From assembly GCA_973895155.1 (NCBI GenBank), contig OZ316897.1:18200457-18264456 (forward strand): a stretch of 64,000 bases of DNA, read 5' to 3'. Of this stretch, positions 13,632-26,693 are shown in pieces. The first letter of the stretch is position 1; each line of letters starts with the position of its first letter. The position numbers and the translations under genes were made by a program. Below the pieces are notes generated by a model that saw only the letters and a program-made list of their open reading frames with translations, ran no database searches and was not told the DNA's origin. The stretch comes from Marsupella aquatica. Its lineage: Eukaryota > Plantae > Marchantiophyta.

Positions 13632-14626
13632 CTTGAACCCAGTTTCGAACTGGTATACAGCAGAAGCCAGCACGAAGAGACTCCCTTCCAAATTTCAGCG
13701 TCCTGCGCCGGACTCAATTTGCAGAAATCAGTACGCATCACGCGTTTTCATAGAGTAACGACGCACGTACACCTTCCAATGGATTCTACAGTACTATCTT
13801 TTTGTTGCTTGGAGTGTGTTTCTATCGCATGTTGAAGCAACATAGTTACATGGATGATGAAATTTTGTGCAGATACTGTTGAAACTCACGCGGTCTTGTC
13901 TCTTGCCTGCTCCCATGCCTCGCTGTCAGATGTGGTTACTGTACACTCTGGCTGCATCGGATCTTACTGACTACCGTAATCACGGGTTGGTGGTGAGGTT
14001 ACCATTGGGTGAAACTTTCCGTCCATTATGCCCATTACCATAATATTCCATCCTGACACAACAAAAATCCATAATTCCTTTACGGAACCCTGTAATGCTT
14101 TGACGGAAATTCATAATGCCCTTACGGAGTCCTGTAAGGAGTGGATGGAAAAGGGATAAGGAGTGGATGGACAAGGCATATTTTTCAACGGAGAACATAC
14201 ATTTCTCAGTTGCCAGTTTACTCTTGATCATGGCTTCCAATCCTTTTTCTTCTTTTCTGTTTTCTCAATAGGAGCATCTTCTGTTCTGGTTTCCAGTGGG
14301 GGCGACACTCGGCTTGTGTTTCTTGGCAGGTTTTATTTCTGTGTCATGGCTGATAGTGATTTCTTGTGACAATCCAGACGGAAAGTGTATACACAATTTG
14401 GTCACAAAAGACTCAAACAGTTTCATGTACAAAAATCATTCCGTTTTATTGAAAGGTGACCAAAATACTGATCAATCCAAATGACGTGACAAAAGAATAC
14501 TTCAGGTTCATGATAAATGTATAATCAGTAGAACAGTTACTGGATAATTCTGTATAAGCAATTGTATAACTAGCCTGACTACATGAGAACTGTCTCAACA
14601 GTGGAGACTTATCACTATCTACACCA

Positions 14627-15425
14627 TTAGCTTGGACCTACACTATTCTCCTTGTCTTCCTCATTGTTCGGATGAACAAACTTGATGGTCACACTACAGT
14701 TATGGAAAGCATTCCCTGACATATTACTTCCTACTGAACGTGGTGATTTCGGTAGCGATGACATTCTCTTAAACAGCTCTGGATCCTTGGTCAGAATTGC
14801 ATTCTCCCAGTCAAAGTCGTCATAATTTCTCTCCCATCTCGACCTCTTGCTGTTTGAACCTTCCGAACTATTTGTAGGTTCTTTCTCCTCCATATGTTGT
14901 TCCTCTCGGACCTGCCAATTCACAGCAGGAATAAGTAAAATGAGATTACAGTAAACAAGTCACAAGAAACCAGAAAGTACTGCATTGACTTACCTGCAAG
15001 AGATTCGTAATGGCCATCGGCAGATTAGAGTTCTCGCTCACCCTGCTTACAAGCGGCTTCAAACCAGAACAAGATCCGACCAGCTCCTCTGCAACAAATT
15101 TCTTTGATACATGTGACAAGGCTTTCTCGTAATCCAGAGCAGGATTGCTAGACACTAATGTAGCTGCTTCCATCTTCAATCTCTGTGTTCGATCATACCT
15201 CAAATAGCCCCCAGTGGAATGGTGTCCACTGATTAGCATACCAACTTCATCAGGAACTCCACGAGCAGCCATTCGGGTGATGAGAGTAGCTCTCCCACTG
15301 CGATTGGTGAATACTTCAGGTGTCAATCCTACTAGTAGAGCCATATTTTTTAGCCACTTACCAGCTGTATCTCTCCCGACCTTGTGACATTTGTTGTACT
15401 TAATTAGCAGAATGGTCGTGCTCAC
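14627..15425 (-). mobile_element. Decayed Crypton-like tyrosine recombinase (C-terminal catalytic part), with intron 14993-14912
   Basis: KVGRDTAGKWLK...FTNRSGRATLITRM..GV...ISGHHS..GYLRY matches the HxxR / GH / Y boxes of DUF3504/Crypton-type recombinases, with the H replaced by R. A GT-AG intron joins it in frame to the 14911-14627 exon. The upstream part (15430-15600) has stops in all frames. Confidence 0.75.
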
Positions 15426-16837
15426 TACGGGCTCTTACCTCAGTTCTTCAGGGAAGAGTTCGATGAGGTTTCCCTTAGTACTTTACAAAGTGCACGATAC
15501 CATACACTCAGGTGGTCTTGTCATAGATAAGGTCAGAAAAGTCATAACGATCAACTCTGCCGTCTCTCTGCATCACATGTGGAATAACGATAGTGACGAA
15601 ACCCTACAGTAGTTTGTTCCATTAGTCTCCACAAGTAGTCAAACAAAAGTCAAAGCCAAGGTTTATCCGCAGTTAACTACCGTGTTATACTTAATTATAT
15701 TAAAAATAACTCTTAAGTAGGAGCTAGATTCCCCTTTCTCTACAGAACTGTGAAGAAAACTTGAGTTCAGTAAAGCCATTCTTCAACGGAAATAGAAGCA
15801 TTCTTCAATGGAAAGAAAAGCAGAAGTTTCATAAGGTAACCCATTAGCAAGAAGGGGGTGATGTATAGGGTTAAGCACCGTGTATAAGGGGAGCTTGTAT
15901 GTTGGGTGATTTTCTATCACATTTAAATGACAGTCTCTTATACTTAGTGAAACGTTAGGTGTCAAGTGATACCCATTTCCTAGTGTGGGGCTGATTTTTA
16001 AGCAGTGTTGCATGTGGACTGTGCTGGAGTTGCTGAGGACCTAAGCATCCCACAGCTCAGACAGTGGAGGGCATTATTGGGTTATGATAATTCTCCATGA
16101 AAAATAATCTGGCCAAAAAAATCCCTACAAGGCAGCCTTTGAATGCCAGAAAAAGAATTCAAACAACCACTAGACCCTCGACTAGACCCTTAATAGTATA
16201 TAGGGCAGTGAGCTCGAGGGGGCTATAGCTTTTATACCCAAATGGGGATGAGTTATGAAGTGTATTTTTGAGACATTCATGCCACAATGTAAAACTGTCA
16301 CTTGTGCCTTACCTATATTCTCATTCAAATTTTGAAATTCTTTAGACCACGTTGGCACAGGGATTAGAATAGTGACTAACCTGCTCATAACCATCTAACT
16401 AATAGATAGCTCTAACTGGGCTGGGGTGTAGAGAGAAAACAAAAACAGGGATTAGGCAAATGATGAACAGGACATAGTCTCCTTTTTCATTTCATGTACA
16501 TTTAAGTTCAAGGACCGTGTAACGAGGGAGACTGATGCTCCTACGGGCCAAAACCTTGGTCTTTTAAATTCCCCATGGACCACATTTCCCTAAATTAGAG
16601 TTTCATTGCAATAACTTGAGCCAATATTTTTACCAATTTTGAGTATGTGTTAGAGTATTGGGTAAGCTACGCTTCCATCAGAGTGACCCAATCTTTGACC
16701 ATTTTGGTTGACTTATTCATAATGGAATGCGGAGGGGTAAGTTTTTCTAGATTAATTTTCATTGTAATTGAATATTTGAAACAAGAAATGAACCAATTAA
16801 TATGAAGTATTTGTGCTTGTGGTTTTTATGGTCTCCT

Positions 16838-17235
16838 TCTTCTTTCTTCTCTAGTTGGTTTGCAGGGTCAAATCAAAATTTGTAAACACTCATAATCATC
16901 AATTTATCCTTCTTTCTTCTCTAGTTGGTTTGCAGGGTCAAAACTAAAATTTGTAAACACTCATGATCATCAATTTATCAAATTACAAGCCAAAAACTCC
17001 AATGGTGGTAATTTGTAAACATTCATAGTCATCAATTTATCAAATTACAAGCCAAAACCTCCAATGGTGGTAATTTGTAAACCCTCATAATCATCAATTT
17101 TTATCAAATTATAAGCCAAAAACTCCAATGGTGGTAATTTGTAAACATTCATAGTCATCAATTTATTGAATTACAAGCCAAAAACTCCAATGGCGATAAT
17201 TTATAAACACTCATAATCATCTATTTATCAAATTA
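16838..17235. repeat. AT-rich ~60-bp tandem minisatellite (about 6 units)
   Basis: Repeated aatttgtaaacactcataatcatcaatttatcaaattacaagccaaaaactccaatggtggt. Confidence 0.85.
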
Positions 17236-18200
17236 CTAGCTCAATACCCGTGCGTTGCACAAAAGAAGTCGTGTCGGCCAAGATGTTGTTGAGAAAAAAA
17301 GATGTCGTGTCAGCCAAGATGTCGTGGAGAGAAAAGATGTCCTGTCGGCTAAGCAGTCGTTGAGAGAAAAAAATTGTTGAGAAAAAAATGTCGTGTTGGC
17401 CAAGAGGACCTTGAGAAAAAAGATGTCGTGTCGGCCAAAAAGTCGTTGAGAAAAAAGATGTTGTGTCGGCCAAGATATCGTTAAGAAAACATTGTCGTGT
17501 CGGTCAAGATGTCGTTGAGAAAAAGATGTCGTGTCAGCAAAGCATGGGTCATTGCAAAATTCCATTAAGAAAAAAGAAGTCATTTTGCCAAAGATGCCAT
17601 TATGTGAAATATGTTGTTAAGAAAAAGGTGTCATTTTGCTAAAGATATTGTGGAGTAAAAGATGTTATAAGAAAAAAAAGTGTCATTTCACCCAAGCTGT
17701 CCTTATGTGAAAGATGTTATGAAATAAAAAGTCAAGGAAAGAAGGAGCGAGCTTTTTTCTTTGTTTTGCTTTTTTACCCAAATGCCCCTGCATTTGAATG
17801 GCGACCACTCTATAAATTGGCGCAACGTCATATTATCGGTTTCAGGTTTAGGGTTTTAGGGTTTAGCAAAGATGACCATTACGTCAGTATCCTTTCAATC
17901 CCTGCGCGGTGCATAAAAGATGTTGTTTGGTTAAAGATGTCGGGATTGGGAGAAAAGCTTACCATTGTTGAGAAATAGATCGTGGTGCAAAAGATATCGT
18001 TGAATAACAAATTTTTTTTGAAATATATTATGTCACAAAAACTTTTGTTGAGTGAAAGATATCATTGTGCAAAATAGTGGTTACGGCACCCACAAAAGTT
18101 TTTTTTTCTCCTTGCACAAAAAAATTCTTGAATAAAAGATGTCATTGCACAAAAGACCGGCTATGACAACTTCAAAGGTATAACAAAATGAGAGGTATTT
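17236..18200 (-). mobile_element. Non-autonomous Helitron-like element (3' end at 17236; 5' end not determined) with internal ~30-bp tandem repeats
   Basis: Minus strand reads gtgcaacgcacggg-tattgag-CTAG|T, a typical plant Helitron 3' hairpin plus CTAG terminus; repeats aaagatgtcgtgtcggccaagatgtcgttgagaaaa at 17262-17540. Confidence 0.65.
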
Positions 18201-19569
18201 TTTTCTTTTTTTCTCTTATGTTCCTTTTAAACCTTAACCTCCCCCTTTTCCCCCTTTTCCTATTTTGGGTCTTTTCTTTTTCTCATTCACCATCACTCTA
18301 CTCGTTCTCCGCCCCCCCCACCCCGCCCCCTCCACCCCGCCCCCTCCCCACCCATGCGGGACTGGAACCCTTTGAGGGGCTACCCTACATTGCGAGTGTG
18401 CCCCTCACCCAACACCTTGCCATCAACACCCATGCCATGCGCTTCACTATGTCTTTGGGCCTTATTACTTTTGTTTTTGACATTGAAAAGTTCACTGCAA
18501 ATGACTGTAAAAATCACCACAAATATAGGAGAATAGTTTTTTATTGATGTAATGACTAAAATATTATTAACAATTAAACTACTCTTACCAGTATTACAAA
18601 AAATTATGCTGCACACAATATAGAATATATACAATACTCACTTACATGGATCATGGAGGGAGTATAGTCCTTGATCCTTGTGTTAAAGTCTTTCAATTCT
18701 TTTGTGGTGTCTAGTGTGATTATGTGATTATTTGTGCAACTTTTTGTGAGTCACACTAAACTCAATTAACACTTTGGCTTTATTATTTAATTTTGACCAG
18801 ATTTTTTAATTTTAGTGCCCTGCAAATTAGGAGTGCTGTTCGATTCGAATTTGTGTGTGTACAAGGTCAGTTTATTATAATTCGGCCTCGAATTATAATA
18901 GCGTCGTTTTCCTGTTCTCCCTCTTTGTGTAATGCTGGTCAACGACGTCGTTTCCGCAGATTCGAACAGAGGTGTATGCTGGCTTTTAGGCGAACTGGAA
19001 CGCGCAAGAGCGCCTCCCCTTGTCGATGAATAGTTGCTGCTAATTGTGTCGTGAGGAGTCGAGCAATTTTGAGTTACAGAGCACACGAGCGGCTTGCAGT
19101 CCGTTGACACTTAGTTGATCTGAATGAATTGAAATGCGCACGAGCGGCTCCCAGTTGATGAATAGTAAGCTGAGATCGTTGCCCCCGTGCTCGCCCTTCA
19201 ATGCAGCAACCCTGATGGTTCATAAGTTATAAGCCAGATCGTTGCTTACTTGTCAACGGCAGATGAACGAAGTTATTCAGAGAGTGCTTCCTAGCTACCA
19301 GCGACTCCAATTGAGCCATTTCGTGCTTCCTTTCGAGTGCCTGGGATTTTTCTAGCAAGTAGAGGGCACATAGTTTACCGGTCTATTTCGATCCTCATCA
19401 ACATAGACAGAACAATATAGATCGACCGCAAGCCTAGCAATCGAATCGGTGGCAGTGCACAATGAGAAATCCAACAGTCGTAGACGGAGCTAGGAGAGAG
19501 AATGGGACGTCGCAGGAATCGTAGAACTCAAGACACATCGCAACAAGCAGATCAATCGGGGAGCCAAGA

Positions 19570-19780
19570 TCAGGGTATAGTGTGCGGAGCTTCAGGTGCA
19601 CAAGGAACACGAGTGACTGGGATAAATTTGGTAGGCATTGGGCTTACCGGCCCATTACCCGGAGATGGCTACGCAAATCTTTCAGCTTCCATTTCAGCTT
19701 CCACTTCTCTAGTCCTCAAGTTTAACAACATAAATGGCACGATCCCGAGTACGATTACTGGTACGGCGAGCTTGCAGGTC
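19570..19780 (+). pseudogene. Fragment of an LRR receptor-like kinase/protein (N-cap plus first plant-type LRR)
   Basis: GIVC...RVTGINLVGIGLTGPLP...SLVLKFNNINGTIPSTI followed by a cag|gt donor; no further intact exons seen. Confidence 0.7.
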
Positions 19781-22589
19781 AGACGTCCTAATCTATAGGA
19801 AATTTCATCTGTAAAGGGTCCATCCTGCTGTTCCATGGGAATTTGGACTTCCTTCGTACTTTCCCTCCACGAGTCGACAACATTCAAGTTTGAAGAAAGG
19901 CGGTCCTTTGCCCACTTAATTGCACTTCATCACTAAGGTGAGAACAAAAATTGCCTCACTTCAGTCTTTTGAGGAGGAATCGATGTAAATTTCCTCACTG
20001 TGATACCAAGGTCACACAGGTCGTTTCAAAGCTTCTGAGTTCGCTGAACACATTTTGCGCTTCTGGAATAATTCAGCTCTGTCTGCATCGCTTTGCTGGT
20101 CTGCATCGATATTAGTTTGGTAATTTGAACACATCGCACCGTATCAGTGGTGCTGAACCACTCTTTGCTCTATTCTTAGGCCCTAAGCTCTCCACGATTT
20201 GTTTGGCAATTCATTCTGATGTCGCATTAGGCGTCGCAACAGCTGTCAATCGATAGAAGATGCCAGACTGGTTTCCACTCTACTGTCGATTCAATGAGCA
20301 GTATCCACATCAAGTTCTGGCCCAAATTCTTTAAAAACGGTGTCTGGCCTCCGGCTCGTTCCTCTCAGCCTCCTCAGTCGTCTCCATCAGCTACAGATAA
20401 ATGTAAACATTTTCACTAGGATGTAGATACTAGTGTGCTAGGGATGTATTGCTGTTGTACTTTGACTTATTTGGTGGTATCTACAGTTCATGTGCTGAAC
20501 GATTGGAGGGAATTAGCACTAATTCACTGTACTGACAAACGTGTTGTTTGCGCCGCAGGATGTTAACGGAGACACTTTCTGGATGTAATAAGACTGCCCA
20601 AGAGAGATTGAATAATAAAGGTAGGTTGTCTAGTTGAGCTGAAGGTGGCTGCGTGGGACATTTTTTCTAGGCCATTGCAACAGTCTGCCCATTTCGTATG
20701 ACAAACTTGCGTCTTATTTCAAGTGGGTCTCTCAGGGCACAAGAAGCGGGAGGAAGCTCCAGTGTTCTGTGAGAAGCAAATATGTAACCCCACAGAGATA
20801 TCTGAAAAGGCAGCACCCATTGAAGAATCAACTGACAAATATGAGCATGTAAGTCGATGCGTCCGTTCTTCAACTTGACTTCGGTTTCTTTGCACAATTT
20901 GTAAGAAAACTTCAAAGCAATACTATTGATGTCCGGCAGGAATTCTGAGTCTGTATTCATTTGGTGACATTGTTTCACTTCATCAACATTTGTCTTTGAT
21001 AGATTGGTCTGCATGCTGTTTCCCTTGCTCTGCTTGCTTCAGCTGCCTTGATTGATGTTCTTGTATGTGAAATTTGTGTTTTGAAATGTTCCATTCTGTT
21101 ATTTTGATTGTTTCAAAATTTCAAGATCGTTAAGACAGCGTTGGTCGTTGCGTACTTATGGTCGCAATCATATGTTCAGTTGACTAGTTTTGTATTCATG
21201 ACTTCTCGGGGAACCGGGCTCACTTCTTTCGTATTTTCTAACCATGCCCACTAAAACGTCCGGAGGTTGCTTTCAGTCGTCCATTTTTCTCATGAACCCT
21301 GAGTAGGCCCTTGACTGTTTTGTAGACAATGTTTGCTCAGTTAACAATATTGTAATACCTGGTGATTATTTGAATTTTCTGTCCTAACTAGTAGAGTTCT
21401 CGAAAGTCAGTTCTGCTTCTGGGTCAGACTCTCCTAGTTCTTTGCAGTTCTTGTCGTTCAGGTCTAAATGCTGTCCGCGACTTGAAATCAGGATTGATTC
21501 ACCATAGGCTCAAAATACACCATTCTCTTTCCTGTAGACTGGGGTTTACCTCTTCCAATTCCGTACCTGGGCAGCCTGCGTCCTGCTTGATAATCTTTGG
21601 TAGATTACTGTTGTTCTTCTTGGCCTTGATTTTCTTCCTCCTAGTCACGTTGTTCCCCTATATAATGAGCTGAAAACCGACCCCGTGCTGGCCTGCTAGT
21701 AATCCTTTATATTCCTGGATCCTGTGTCTCGCTGGTTTAATATTATTTCCCAGCTTTACCACTTCATTAATTGAAACGAACCCGTGAATAACCAACTACA
21801 GGTGTTGCAGTCGTTGGTCTTATTTCCTCGTCTCTATCAAGCTCCTGTAGCATAGTCTGCTTCCTGTACACTCTTATTGGCTGCAATGTTCAGGAACGTC
21901 GAATGGGGTTATTTCAACATATGAATTTTTGTTATTCGCTTGCCAACTCTGCTAATTGGTCTCTTTTGTCACCACCTAGCCACCCAGTTGCTGTTGTGTT
22001 CTAGGAAACACATATTCCGTCTTTGCTATTCTCACCCATGAGAAGTGACTGAACGCTCCACGTCATCTTAACCCAGAGCAGCTCCAAATGGATTGTACAA
22101 TACAATGGCTGTCTTGAGAAAATGTTATTGAATGATCAGATACTTGTCCGCAGTAGAATTTTCTCTCTTGATATAGTGATGGAGAGATCTAATTGGCATT
22201 TGATGTTGTGACATGTTATTTCTCTTGTTTTTGGATCATGGGACCAATAGATATCGTAGGGTTTGATTCAGCAGGTAGGGGCATATGGCAATGTGATCGG
22301 AGGGCTGAGAGCTAGACAGCAAGAGGAGCTGATTGGTGGTGTTTGTGAGGGAATGCTGATTTGTGCAGACTGCATGGAATTTTATGGCCAGGAGGTGAGG
22401 GAATGCTGGTTTGTGCAGACTGCATGGAATTTTATGGCCAGGAGGTGACAGCCTAGTGCAGAATGAGGACTCTCTTTAGTATGTCCTCTGAAATAATTGC
22501 TTTTGTTTAAATTGTGGGGGTTCAGGAATAAGACTCCGGAGATTGAAATATATTGGTTACATGAACGAGCAGGTAGGGTGGCCGACCTT

Positions 22590-23060
22590 TGCACCGAATT
22601 GGATTGCAACCCTTCTCAAATTGGCGTCCCTTGGTGGTGAAATGAAGCAAGCTGGGTTTGACTTCGACATCAGCCTAGAAGATTATTTGGACCAGAGCTA
22701 CTACAAGACTGCTATGCTGATTGCCGCCAGCCATCTTCAGGGGAATGAACAGAAGTGACTGCGACAAGGTGTACGAATGTGAGTATGGGTTAAAGTCGTA
22801 GATGCCAGTTTTGGGGTTCACTCGGTCTTCAGAACAGGTTAGTAAGCCAGGTGGTAACGATATGGTGGCGCCGAGGGAAATCTGACAGGCGCTGTCCCTT
22901 GTGCATTTCAAAGTGAATGGGAACTAAGGGAACGGATTAGCTCAGAGTTGAACAACTTTGGTTCTTTAGATACACGCTGCCAATGCCGAATTTGAAGAGG
23001 TGTAGAGGTATCGACAAGGCCCGACCGCTCTCACAATAGAAGAGTGAACTTGAGACTTAC
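22590..23060 (+). pseudogene. Solanesyl/polyprenyl diphosphate synthase pseudogene fragment
   Basis: GGEMKQAGFDFDISLEDYLDQSYYKTAMLIAAS followed by broken frames encoding FTRSSEQVSKPGGND, GNLTGAV, ELRERISSE and GIDKAR, which correspond to the C-terminal half of plant SPS. Confidence 0.8.
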
Positions 23061-24785
23061 TTGCGGTCTTAAACAAAATATCTTTGCGGCACTATCGTTG
23101 GTTATAGCTTTGGTATTCTTTCTTCTGCACGCACTGTTATGGAGATTATCGTGTAAATCCTTCTTGTTCAGACCCCTGTTCTCTCGTTTTTCCTCCACAA
23201 CAGACACTCCTAGTGAAAAGGTTGATGGTGAGAAGAGGAAACTAGCTTGTACGAGGATTTAATACTCGCAAACATCGTCTACTTAGCATGTTCAAATTGT
23301 TCGGTTTGGAAAAATATCCTCCTGCAAGAGTCGGACTTATTTCTTTGAGAGAAGATCGAGAAATCTTCTTTCGAATATGAGTTGTAATTGAATTTTTTTA
23401 CTGGAGATCAAGCTCTCTTCATGGATGTTCAAACAAAGCATTTCTTTATGCTGGAACCAGTCACCATCAGAATCCGATCCCTAAAACAGAGGAGAACCGA
23501 TAGCAGTACTAGTTCAGTGTACGTCCAAACATTATAGTCCTTTCATTGGCTAAGTATAACATTGACAACAGAGCTCCTGAATTAAACCGCCAGGCCTCTT
23601 TTGGCATTAGGACATGAATGATCGTGTAAGGATATAACAGTCTCTGCTTAAACAAGATTAGACAATCATCTTGAAAGAACTTCTGTTATGGTCGCTCAAA
23701 TCGAACTTAGGACATTATATTTTTGTCATTTGCTAAACTTTGACATTCATCAAGTGGAATCCTAAGTCGCTGATGATGTCACGGCAAATGCTTGTTACAT
23801 CTGTCCCGGTGTTACAAAACAAGGATCCTCATCGGACGTCAGAGATGTCATCTTGGACAAAGGGAAGACCTGGTCTCAATTGCTCGACTGCTGGACTTTC
23901 AAATGTAGTAGTGCGCGTCAATCAGGAAAACAGTGCTATGATGCCTACCATATAGTTGCACATCTGTTTTTCGACAATTGTCATCCGCTTTGGCTTCTTC
24001 CTCGGGTCTTCAATACTTAGAGAGCGTAGCACATGATATTGAGGCGAAAAGCTTCCATAAGACATGTTTTAGAAGATAGTCACATGCATAAGGGCGTGCT
24101 ATAGTAATAATTTTACAAGTAAATAAAATTGTCCTTTCCACTCCGAGGAAAGTGATATCTATCTCTTCGTTAACCAATCGTGACCTTTCTATTGGACAAG
24201 TGAGAATAGTTTGATTGACTTGTTCGATTTGTGAGAAGCGTCGCAGCTGAAGTTACGGAATCCAAGCTTCAGAAACCGGAACTTCCTCGAATTGTAAGCT
24301 GGTCAAGAATCAAAACTTATAGTTCATAGAATTAACTTTACAACTGGCAATACGAGTTATACCTAGAATACGCAACGTTTTCGTCGTGGAATGTGACTGC
24401 CTTGGTGCAGACGTCTGTAGTGCCAGAGATCTGCACAGTCTGATTTTAGTTTCCTGAGTCAAGATAGTTTCTTTCCTGCTTTTTTTTTGTGAATTCGGAG
24501 AACGCCTTTATTTCGATTTCAAAACGACGGATACGTCATGCAAGCTGTGTCACGGATCTGTCATCCTTTATTCACTGTGTGGTCTACATTTGCAGAGAAC
24601 TAAAAAATATGAAGTCAGGCTTATCATAGTCTGTAGGTGATCCCAGCTGGACACCAAGGCTAGAACAGTACTAGGACTACAGTCCGTTCAGGAGGACCTT
24701 CGCAAGGTCGTGGACAGTTTAGTCAATCGGAATATGCCTTGCTGCCCTCGGCCGGTCACTTGGAATCGATTAGCAATCTACTTTC

Positions 24786-24909
24786 CTTTTTCGCCTCGAA
24801 ACCGCAAGCTTACCCTTCGGACCAACTCCGAAGGATGCACCTCTGTAGGGTAGTCCACAAGGGGGTCATACCCAGGGATCCGACAGGGACCCTGACGGAG
24901 GGAGAGAGG
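24786..24909 (-). mobile_element. 124-bp structured insertion with an 18-bp target-site duplication (SINE-like or retroposed RNA)
   Basis: gattagcaatctactttc at 24768-24785 and 24910-24927; the insert is absent at the paralogous site (~46290-46310); internal stem ccttcgga..tccgaagg; minus strand ends in aaaaag. Confidence 0.7.
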
Positions 24910-26693
24910 GATTAGCAATCTACTTTCACAAGCAATTAGTCCACTTGAATCGGACGGGAATGGAAAGCCATACTTCTCTCTTACTTCTGTGGAGGAAGCG
25001 GAACCATTAGAGAGTCCTCGATCGGCACACTCTCCACAAATAGATACCGAACGCTGTAGACCGTGTTTCCATCGGGACTAGTTGTGTGGCAGGTGCAGGC
25101 AGAAATTTCAAGTTCAGGAGCCGACTATCTGTTCGGATGCTGCAGGCGCATACGCTGGCACAGAGAACGAGATATACAGGCTGTTGATGCAGTTCATTAC
25201 ACCGATGGTCGAATGCATTCCATTTGGTGTTTTAGTCTCTATGGTGATACACTGTCAACTTCAGATCCCCTTCTGAATGGAGCCGAGCTACTATATACAA
25301 CTTCCCACACTGTCAAAACCATCATTTCGTTGATAGACAGTAATGTTGTTTTCATAATCACGATCGGCCCAAGTTCTGGTCTACGTTTTGCTCTTACACA
25401 ACGCCCAATCAACCCTCTCTCACTGGGTTCATCCGATACTGGACATCCAAGATTGGATTTGTTAGGCCTAAAAGTCTCGAGCTGGTTGGTTGCTGTACGC
25501 TATGAGATGTCAGTTTGTCTCGAGTGTCAAGGGTCCGTTGCTCCTCACTGACTTTTATTTGTGACATCCTCTATTCTACACACATCACAATGATATTTAA
25601 GATTTCCTGCCTGTTGATTATGGTCCGTCTTGTGGCGGACAGGAGGGTGTTGGCGACTTGAAGCAAAGGCGAAGCATTTCGATTTGGAAGTGACTTACAT
25701 GATCGGAGCCTACGCTCAAAGAGAGCAACGGACTGATCAGGAGCTAATCTTTTAGGTGAGAGTCATAATTCGTGTTACCGATCCTGGCAATTGACAGAGG
25801 TAGTGATTACACGATCGACCGTCATCTATGGCCACTACAGGACTTGGTCCTGGAGTTTAGCTAGACAGATTCCATTCGGCACTAGTCATCCCCACAAGAC
25901 AAAAAAAGTTTGTGGAATAATTCCGAAGCTTTGCCGGCCAGATCGAGCTGCCCGAGTCCTGTTTAATAGAGACCCCCATAGTCACATTGCGGGGCTGCGC
26001 ACAGTTTATTCCTATCACTCGAAGATATCGCTTTTGTTCGGTAGTTGTTCCATCCATTCCATCCGTCTGTCGCTTGGGAATCCATAGCCGATCAGCTTCA
26101 ATTTCTGATGACGTGCGTGTACTTGCGACCAATGCAATTGCTGCTCTTGACACTGAAATTGGTCATCGCCAAATGTTTTACTTGGTGATCTATATTTTCA
26201 AAAATATTGATCTGGTCGGACTGAGCAGGAGGTGCTTTTTGTACCAATATTGATCACAGTTTCGATTCTAGACGATAGAAACTGCTTGCTAACCATTGCG
26301 TTGCTAAGTAACAGTTCTGTTCTTGTTCTTCAACACGTCAAGTACTCAGAATTGATCGTGGTGGGGTACCACTGTTGTATCTGCACAAAATTTCATCATC
26401 CGTGGAACTATGTTGCTTCAACATGCGATAGAAACACACTCCAAGCAACAAAAAGATAGTACTGTAGAATCCATTGGAAGGTGTACGTGCGTCGTTGCTC
26501 TATGAAAACGTGTGATGCGTACTGATTTCTGCAAATTGAGTCCGGCGCAGGACGCTGAAATTTGGAAGGGAGTCTCTTGGTGCTGGCTTCTGCTGTATCC
26601 CAGTCCGAGAAGGGATATCCTCACGGAATTCGTTCAACGAAAAGGGCTGTTGAATCTTCGGTTGATTGCAAGTAGTTCGAAACTGGGTTCAAG

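Larger units (their letters stand above)
3259..13876. repeat. Left arm of a ~10.6-kb inverted duplication (partner 47772-58498)
   Basis: Reverse-complement match along its length; for example ORF 7548-7730(+) and ORF 54003-54185(-) translate identically, and ORFs at 3322, 4034, 4497 and 5241 mirror ORFs at 58409, 57697, 57234 and 56490. Confidence 0.95.

Noticed and set aside
16838-17540. CRISPR-like array
   Set aside because: Degenerate tandem units with no unique spacers, no cas genes, and a eukaryotic context.
17841-17866. Telomeric repeat tract
   Set aside because: Only 2-3 degenerate tttaggg units inside a repeat element.
24786-24909. Hammerhead ribozyme in the small insert
   Set aside because: It has GAAAC and GTC, but the core reads CTGACGG rather than CTGAnGA and stem I does not pair.
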